Origin: the human T2T-CHM13v2.0 reference genome, Homo sapiens
Direction: 5' to 3' (one strand)
DNA: 64,000 bases
NCBI RefSeq assembly: GCF_009914755.1
Contig: NC_060944.1
This document shows, one piece after another, positions 55,747-64,000 of this stretch. Numbering within the stretch: the first letter of the stretch is position 1; each line of letters opens with the position of its first letter. The translations under genes were made by a program, and so were the position numbers. The notes below the pieces were generated by a model. It was given only the letters and a program-made list of their open reading frames with translations. It did not search any database and was not told the DNA's origin.

Positions 55747-55915
55747 TTTTTTTTTTTTTTTTTTGGAGACAGGGTCTCTGTCGCCCAGGCTGGAGGGCAA
55801 TGGAGCGACTGATCACGGCTCACTGCAGCCTCAATCTCCCTGGGCTCAGGTTATCCTTCTACCTCAGCCTCCTGAGTAACTGGGACTACAAGCATGCACT
55901 ACAATGCCCAGCTAT
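55747..55915 (-). mobile_element. Alu right arm
   Basis: T-run then GAGACAGGGTCTC...CTACAATGCCCAGCTA. Confidence 0.85.
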
Positions 55916-56390
55916 TGTGTGTGTGTGTATATCCACAATATATATATACTATATATATCCACTACATATACCCGCTATATATATATCCACAATATATATA
56001 CACACTATATATATATCCACAATATATATACACTATATATGTCCAAAATATATATACACTATATATGTCCACAATATATATACACACTATACATATGTCC
56101 ACAATATATATACACTATATATATATCCACACAATATATATCCACACGATATATATACACACAATATATATATACACACACTATATACACTATATACACA
56201 CTATATATACACACTATATATATACACACACACACACACATATATACATATATACACACACACACACACAAACAATGCCCGGCTCTTTTATATGTATGTG
56301 TGTGTGTGTGTATATATATATGTACATATATATACACACACACACATATATATATATACACACACACACATATATATACACACACACACA
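55916..56390. repeat. Compound (TA)n/(CA)n/(TG)n microsatellite with TATATATCCACAA-like units
   Basis: Directly visible. Confidence 0.97.
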
Positions 56391-56694
56391 GGTGTCTACC
56401 TGGCCTGTGTCTCCAGGGTCTTGGGAGCATCTCTGGGGCCTACTCCCCTCAGTGCAGGTTCAGCATTCCCAGTCCTGACAGCTGCAGCCAGCAGTGCCCA
56501 CCCCCACCCAGACATTTATAACCAGGACAAGCCCTCAGTTAAGCAGATGGGGGGCTCACTCAAGGGGGAACCTGTCTATGAATGCAGGGTTCAACCCCAG
56601 CTGCAAACGATAGCGGGGGTGGGGGGGTACAGTGTACCAGGCAGTGTATCTGTCTAGGAACGCGGGGGCCACAGGGTATCAGGCAGTGCATCTA

Positions 56695-56825
56695 AGGCCT
56701 GCACTTTCCTGTCTGTGAAATGGGGACGGTAACGACCTCACAGCTTCCTACAAGGTTTTCTGAAGCGACATCCTGTGCCAAATCATCTGCGGCAAGTGTG
56801 CAACAGACGGTAGGTGCCACCTAAG
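56695..56825 (+). mobile_element. MIR fragment
   Basis: TTTCCTGTCTGTGAAATGGGGACGGTAAC..ACCTCACAG MIR core. Confidence 0.65.
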
Positions 56826-57134
56826 AAAGTGACACAGCCTGTGCTGGCGAGGGCTTGGAGAGAAAGGCCCTCTTAGGCGAGTCTATTTGTCCGACATATT
56901 TGCCAACAGCCCTTTATGGGCTTGGCACAGGGAAGAGAGCGGGTGACATACTGTTCTCATGGAGGGCAGGGAGTGCTTCACGATGACCCAGGAGAAATTA
57001 AGTAGGAAGTACACACTAACTTATGAGTGTTTTTTTTCTCACAAAGGTGACAAACTGAACACAAACTAACAGACCAGTTTGAAAAATCAAGAAACATCTA
57101 TATAGTGAAATTCTTTTTGTTGGGGGTGGGGGGT

Positions 57135-57597
<463 letters not shown>

Positions 57598-59759
57598 TAA
57601 GGGTGATGAATCATCACATGCACAGCCGTGAGAAAAACTCCCTGGCACCTGAGTGAGAGCCGCAGACAAGCCGGCCAGGGCAGTGGCCACAGCCTCCAAC
57701 GCATCCCGTTCACTAGTGCAAAACAGCTGTAACGTGGAGCTTTTCTGGACAGCACCCTTTCTAGTGTCTTTACTTTCTATTTTTACATAATGTTTAAGTT
57801 TCCTGTATGTGTATTACTTTTGTAATCAAACACATTAAGGTATCTTCATTTTGGAAAAAAAGTTGATTTACCTTATTATAAAGGTATATTAAGTACCACT
57901 TAAATGTCTATATCAGCATACGCAAAACAAAACCACGGCATCAAAATTTGATACCCAAGGAGAGAAATGCCTCCTTTACAACTTACACACGATTACAACC
58001 GCCTATTAAGTTTTATGGACATGGTTACAGAATTCTTATTAAAATATGTACAATTACCTATTCAACTTCATATAACAACTTAACCTCAAAATTACTACTC
58101 AAAAAATAAAATGAGGCCTAGACAACACAGACTGTCTCACAGATGACTGTGTACACGTACATGAAATGAGCAAACTGGACTTTGTTCTTTGACCTCCTCT
58201 TTCCCAATTAGTACATTTCCATTAACTGTTAATTATAGAACTTTTGTAATGCAATTAACACACATCATTTGATAGTAGTCATAAAAAGGCTGATCTTAGT
58301 ATCCACTGTAAGGGACCCCGTCATTTAAATAAGAAATGTAAGTGAGAGACTCTGTTTAGAGAGAATTTTCTAGTGGTCTTCTGAGCCTGCCAGAGAGATG
58401 AGACCTCTCAGGCAAGGGCACAGTGCAGGGACCCACAGATAGTAGGGAGTCACCTGTTAAACACTTTCAATCTTAGCTCTTCAAGAGCCAAATAAGCCAC
58501 TTGGTATTATGGGACAGGCATATAAAAAGGAAAAACGTGTCTTGTTTACAGAGATTCCAAACAATGAAGACGTGGCACAGCTTAAAAATAAACACTGAAG
58601 AGAAGCACCCTACTGGGCTCCACAGAACTGACCTTAAGGGAATTATGACCCTAAGGCTGTAGAAAAACTCACAGTATCAACAGCAGAACCTGCCAACTTC
58701 ACCGCGAACAAAACGGGAGCCAATGCCCATTCCAATCATTTCCTCCTTACATGAAGAAACCCCAGCACCCTCCAAGGCCCAACCGATGATCCGCACGTCC
58801 TAGACAAGCCTTTGCGAGGCTCACATATGCACATGCAACATGGGCTGGGCTGTCTGGTAACCATGGGTACGGCTGGGCAGTCAATCACAAATTATCTTAT
58901 TTGTGCCCTGTCTTCTCACCACAGCACAATGAGCTCTGCTTGACATAGTCTGAATTCAATCAACTACTAATAAGGGACAGCCTCTGGTGGAAAGCCTGAA
59001 AAAATTCAAGATACGCGCTTTTCCAAAACAAAAGGTATCTTATGAAACTTGCTGAAACAAGTCTACAAGAACAGACATCTCCTCCCCATGTACACAGCAA
59101 GTAGGAAAACAAGTGTGCATTAAGCAGGGAGTTTCACAACAGGGCTGTGTCTGTCTTCCTGGGTGACACTTCTGAGATGTCTATGCCGTATTTAAAATAG
59201 TGAAATAGTCACAGACACACATACACTAACAGCAACCCAAAGGGCCACTAAAGAGCCCTAGGCTCCAGGTAAACGAGTTGGCAACACCTGATTTAAAGGA
59301 AGGAGCTGGAATAATCTCTCAAGTTCCCCAGTGAACTTGTCTCCAGGACTGGGACAGGGGCCACCTTGGTCACTGCTGTATCCCTCGTGCTAACAGTAAG
59401 CAATGAATGCTCATTTAAAAAAAGACTGTATTTACTCCTTAAAAGGCACTGCTAAGGACCTTTCTCAGAACTGTATTTCAACCAAGTCATATGTGGCCCT
59501 ACGGAAACCATGGAACACGGGGTATATAGCAAAGTTATGTGAATATACCGAAAAGACGTTCCCATCTGCCTTTCCCTCCTCTAAGTCCCTGAGTACACTA
59601 GGCTCAAATCTCATTCCATCAGCAGACAGATGACACGGATATCGAAGGCCCAGGCACAAGTTAAAGAGTATTTTCAATAACTGGTAACGCAGTAAGCTAC
59701 TGCTACCTGTGGCCCAAACTCTAAACTTATATATTAAAGTCCTTTATTTAGAGCAGAAA

Positions 59760-60950
59760 AGCCGGCCTTGACCTCCACTGTCTCAGAACCGCGAGAAGGA
59801 GCCCCGGACGCCGCAGCGGAGGCAGCACGAGCACCCCTCCCGCCGAGCGCAAGAGCGGGCCCTTTCGGCTTCCGGGGTCACTGGAAGGCAAAATGTGTCA
59901 CAAATACGGCCAGTACAAACCAACGCAACAAACTATTCCACAAAAAAACTGAAAACCAGCGCGGGGAGGTAAGGACACACTCTTCAGAAAAGCGAATCCG
60001 GGCTCTTCGCGCTTCCTGCAGCGCCAGCCGCCCCTGCAGTGCCGGAATCCCCCGAAGGCACGCCAGAAGCTAAGCCGGCCACCCCGACCGCACCCAAGGC
60101 CCGGGAGGAAGCGCCGAGGTCCCCGAGAATGCCTAGGGAAACCAGCTGCGCTTACAAGCCAGCTACGCAGCCCCCGAGCCCCGGGCCGCACTCGCCCAGG
60201 CCAGCCCTGCGCTCTTCCCCGCGAGCGGCCGCCCCGACTCCCACCCTCGGAACCGTTCCAGCCGCGACCACCGAGTGCTCGCCAGTCCCCTCGACCTCAC
60301 GCAGCCCACCAGGGCCGGCGTCTGAGGCCCGCGCCCCAGGCCGCGGCGGCTCTGACCGGCCCCGCCCGCTCGCCCGCCCGCCCGCCCGCTCCTTCCCTTC
60401 CGCGGCCGCCATCTTCTCGGCGGGAGCGGCCTGTGCGGGATCCGCGGCTCTCGCCAGCCGGGCTCCGATGCCGGCCCCGCCCCGCTCCCGAGGGCGGCCC
60501 AAGCGGCGGCCGGCTCTTCTACCCGGCGCCCGGGACGCCACTTACCGCAGGCCGCAGGCCTCTAGGGTCTCGCAGCCATTTCCCCGAACGCCGCGGAGTG
60601 GGCGGACGGCCACCGAGATGGCGCGGGGCTAGAGCGGCGCCCCCGCGCGGCGGGCGGAGGACGAGACCGGCCACCGAGACGCTGCGGGGCTAGAGCGGAG
60701 CCCGGGCTGCGAAGCCCGGCCCCGGACTGCGCGCATGCGCCCGTCTTTCATACCTGCACTCCGGACGCGCCCTTCGGGTCTGCACTGACAATGACTTGCT
60801 TGCATCCTTTGTGGACACCTTATTTCCCCGACTCCAAGAGTGAAAGCTGGGGCAGTGCCCTTGCGGGGATCCCTCGGAACAGCCCGGGCAGGGCGCAGGC
60901 GGAACGTGGATGCTAGCCCCGAGGGACTGCACTCCGCCAGGATTTCGCTC
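59760..60950. promoter_or_regulatory. DIDO1: CpG-island promoter of DIDO1
   Basis: Very CpG-dense; perfect NRF1 palindrome GCGCATGCGC at 60731-60740; YY1 GCCGCCATCTT at 60405-60415; GC boxes. Confidence 0.9.
60546..60615 (-). other. DIDO1: DIDO1 non-coding first exon (5' end approximate)
   Basis: Consensus donor GCG|gtaagt at 60546/60545 inside the CpG island. Confidence 0.8.
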
Positions 60951-63189
60951 TTAAGACCGATAAACCCTTCAAGTCGGTGGGGATAGAAAGCTCCTGGGCT
61001 AAATTTGTAAGAGGTGTAGGGGGGCGGGGACAGGGGATAAAAGAAGAAAAGGCCCAGGTTTTCTCTTCCAGATTGTGTTTCTCAAAACGCAGGCCCCTGA
61101 CGGCCTCGGCTGGGAATGGCAGCGAGGGGCGAGGTCCAGGTGTGGGCGGGGTTTCTCTCCAACTTGAAGACCCTACCTGCTGCCTCCCCACCCCAAGCTC
61201 GGCTCCAGAAACCAGGAGCGTGGGGGTGGGGGGGAGAGAAAGGAGCACAGCGAGGAAGGGAGGCGGGCACGCTGGACCTCTAGGCCCCAGGGACCTTGGC
61301 GGTGTGGTCCCAAAGCTCTGCCTCCTCCCACCATGTCAATCCTACACTCAGAACTACTGACCAGTAGCTAGAACTCAAAGAACGCATGGACATGTTTGCC
61401 CACAGGGGTTGGAGGGAAAGATTAGACACTTACTATCAAGAGAGGGGAAAGTGAGGTATGGTAGATGTCAACCTTCCATGTGGATTTTCTTCAGTTCGCT
61501 CAATAGTAACTAGAGTGACACTCTATCACCTGTCTGTCCCCAGATACTGCAGGAAAGAGACTGGGAGGGGGCAGGAGGGGCAGCTGTTGCCTCGAGGCAC
61601 CATGGGCACTGGCCACTTGCTCCGAGGGCAGGGACCTGGGGGGGGTGGAGGTGGCCCCATTACTTGTTTCTGCTTCTGTGAACAGTGATACGCTACCTGG
61701 AAGCATGGACCATCTAGCCTTTGGCGTTGGCCCTGGCCAAGAGTAAAAGGGGCCCAGAGTGCCGTAAAGCTGCCCCTAATACAGAGGCTTCTGCGATGCT
61801 TCCATGGATGAACCAGGGGCTTTGAGGCAGGTGTGCTTTTTAATAATACCGCTGAAGATTACAGGGTCTGCTAGTTTCTGAGGCAGACTTAGTTTTCTTC
61901 AAAGGAATACAACGCAGCTTGTTTTTGCTGGTGTGGCCCATTAGGACCACATTAATAGAATCTGGCAGGGATGGGCTTGACAGTCTTCCATCTTGAGTGT
62001 GATCTCAGGTTGCAAAGAGGGCTTTTTGCTCTCAGACATGGGGTAGTGGGAAGCTTAGAAGACAGACGGGGTTGAGACCACCTTTAACAAGCAGTGAGAT
62101 CTTGGGCAAGCTCTCTGTTAAAGGAGGGCTCACATGCTGAGGCCCAGGTGAAGACCACATGAGGCCTCCCTACAAGAGGCTCTCTCTAAATCCAACTGGT
62201 ATGGGGGAACCTCAGCCCAGTCTCTTTAGCTGAGGATCTTTAAACCAGCCACAATTTGTTTCTGCAAGACGGTGAGATTTTTAAGAGATTTTAACTCTTG
62301 GGTACAGTTTCACGCTGGGCACTCAGGAGAGATAGATGGAAAGGCACTAAGGGAATAGAAAGAGTGGACAAGGCGGCTCAGGGACAAGAGAACCAAGAGG
62401 AAGAAAAAGGCAGGAAAACATGAGGAAAGGGAACCCTCACTCAGCTCACCGCAGTGCTCAGCGATACGCAGAATGCCTTCCTTCCTGCAAGTCCAGAGGA
62501 TACTGGAACCTGCCTCTCGTTCTCATCTCCCCCGCCCCCCAGCAGAAGCTGGCTCGGCTGTGGAGGCCTGGCCAGACTATCCACTCTGGCCTTCCCCACC
62601 TACAAGGTGACGAAGTCAGCTTTATCCCAGCTTACCTGCCGTCACTATTCCTGGGAGCTGCCCTCCCTGGTGAGAAAGGCATTTGGAGAATCTACAGTCT
62701 GGGTATTTGAATTTGAACTCCACTAGCAAAAGAATACTTTTTCCTAACCGAATTTATTTTAAAAGTAAAACCCAAAGGAGGAAACAAACTCTTCAGTTGT
62801 TTCAATAAATTGTTCCTTAAATATCCCCAATTCACAAACAAAACCCCACAAGTAGCACCGATTTACAACAGGATGTGGCCCAGAAAGCAGGAAGGGGGCC
62901 AAGAGCGCTCCAGCAGGAAGCTTAATAGGTGGTCCATGGAGAAAAACACGATGGGTGCATCACAAATAGGTGTAAACAGTACACTTTTGTAATGTGTAGA
63001 CACCAGTTTCTGCAACCCCCATGCCACGCAAAGTTTCAGGGAAAGTCTTTGAAAGTACAATCCGGAAAACTCAGCAATTCTTAAAAAAAAATGGCTTTCC
63101 GCTGTTATAAGCCTCCTTCCTAAGACTCAGGGTCCGCAGCAGAATACCCTGACCCAAAATAAAAATACTATGACAAAAATACTCCAGGA

Positions 63190-63730
63190 GGCAGCCGGCT
63201 TTACTTCGTTTAAAGCCGGATTTCGCTTAGTCCCGTGAAAGCGAAGGAGCACCAGCGCTTCCTGATTCCGCACAGTTCTCTCGGCAGAGACGGCCCGTCC
63301 TCTCCAAGAACCGGAAGCCGGACAGCGTCAGGACGTTTTATTCTTCTCACCTGGGATTCAGAGAGGCAGCGGCCAAGGACAGGGCCCCCGCCGAGGCCAC
63401 CGGGCAGCGTCCAGGTCTCGGCCTTTGGGAGGGGAGCAGCGGGGGAGGGGCACGGGGAGGGGCGAGGGCGGGGCGCGCCTGGGCCTCGGCGCTGGGCTCC
63501 TCCTCTGCCCGCTCCGGGGGACACCCACAGGATTCTTGCAGACCTCTGCCGAGGCAGGATGGAGGCCTGCAGGGATGCACCGCGGGCCCGCGACCCGGGC
63601 GGCCGGAACATAGTTCTTTCTGGCCGGAGATCGGCCCGGTCGTGAGTCGTGTCTGTGCCAGGCCCCCCACGCTGTGCTCCAGGGCCTCAGTGCCCGGCGC
63701 GCCGGGGGCTGTATCGCCAGCCACTTGGGG
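63190..63730. promoter_or_regulatory. Second CpG-rich regulatory element
   Basis: CpG-rich; ETS-type ACCGGAAG at 63310-63317; GC box GGGCGGGGC at 63466-63474. Confidence 0.6.
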
Positions 63731-64000
63731 CAGGAAAAAGGAATCACAAAATACAACCCTCTCCTTTACCCAGGAGGAGAACGTGGATTCCCAGAAAAAA
63801 GAAAAAGTGTATATATATATATATATGCCTACTGTTTTCTTATTGCTAACAAAAACTTCAGCCACTGTTTTGTTTTTTTTTTTTGAGAAACTGATGAATT
63901 TTCTTTACTTTTACGTTGTATAAGGCCAGCTAACTTTAACAGTTAATTTTAGATAAATCAACTCACCAATGCTAAAAGGTGTCACAATCAAATCGTCCAC

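Noticed and set aside
55719-56657. Tyr/Ile/His/Thr-rich ORFs of 194-312 aa
   Set aside because: Microsatellite translation artefacts.

Overview
Human-type genomic DNA recognisable as the DIDO1 locus (20q13.33). The minus strand carries nearly all of DIDO1: a CpG-island first exon (~60.55-60.61 kb), a non-coding exon 2 and 14 coding exons. Their GT-AG boundaries sum to a 6723-nt CDS (2240 aa, DIDO3). Intron read-through or alternative terminal exons give 1189-aa (DIDO2), 562-aa and 544-aa forms. The first ~11.8 kb, downstream of the gene, is a stack of nested insertions. An old L1 is peppered with Alus and an MLT1A LTR. A decayed ERV-L gag-pro (4.5-10.45 kb) is split by three later events: an ARF4 processed pseudogene (itself invaded by Alus), an LTR13 solo LTR with a 6-bp TSD, and an ~885-bp hexamer array (CCCCCA/CCCGCA/CCCTCA)n. 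The most notable observations are: (1) the G4-prone, telomere-variant-like array lying between a + strand LTR and the DIDO1 termination zone, with an AUG-initiated 331-aa (Thr-X)n ORF across it; (2) a head-to-head Alu pair with a perfect 97-bp inverted arm; (3) a candidate 6-nt in-frame DIDO1 microexon. All repeat-family and protein-family calls are by eye from recalled consensus sequences; no database searches were run.
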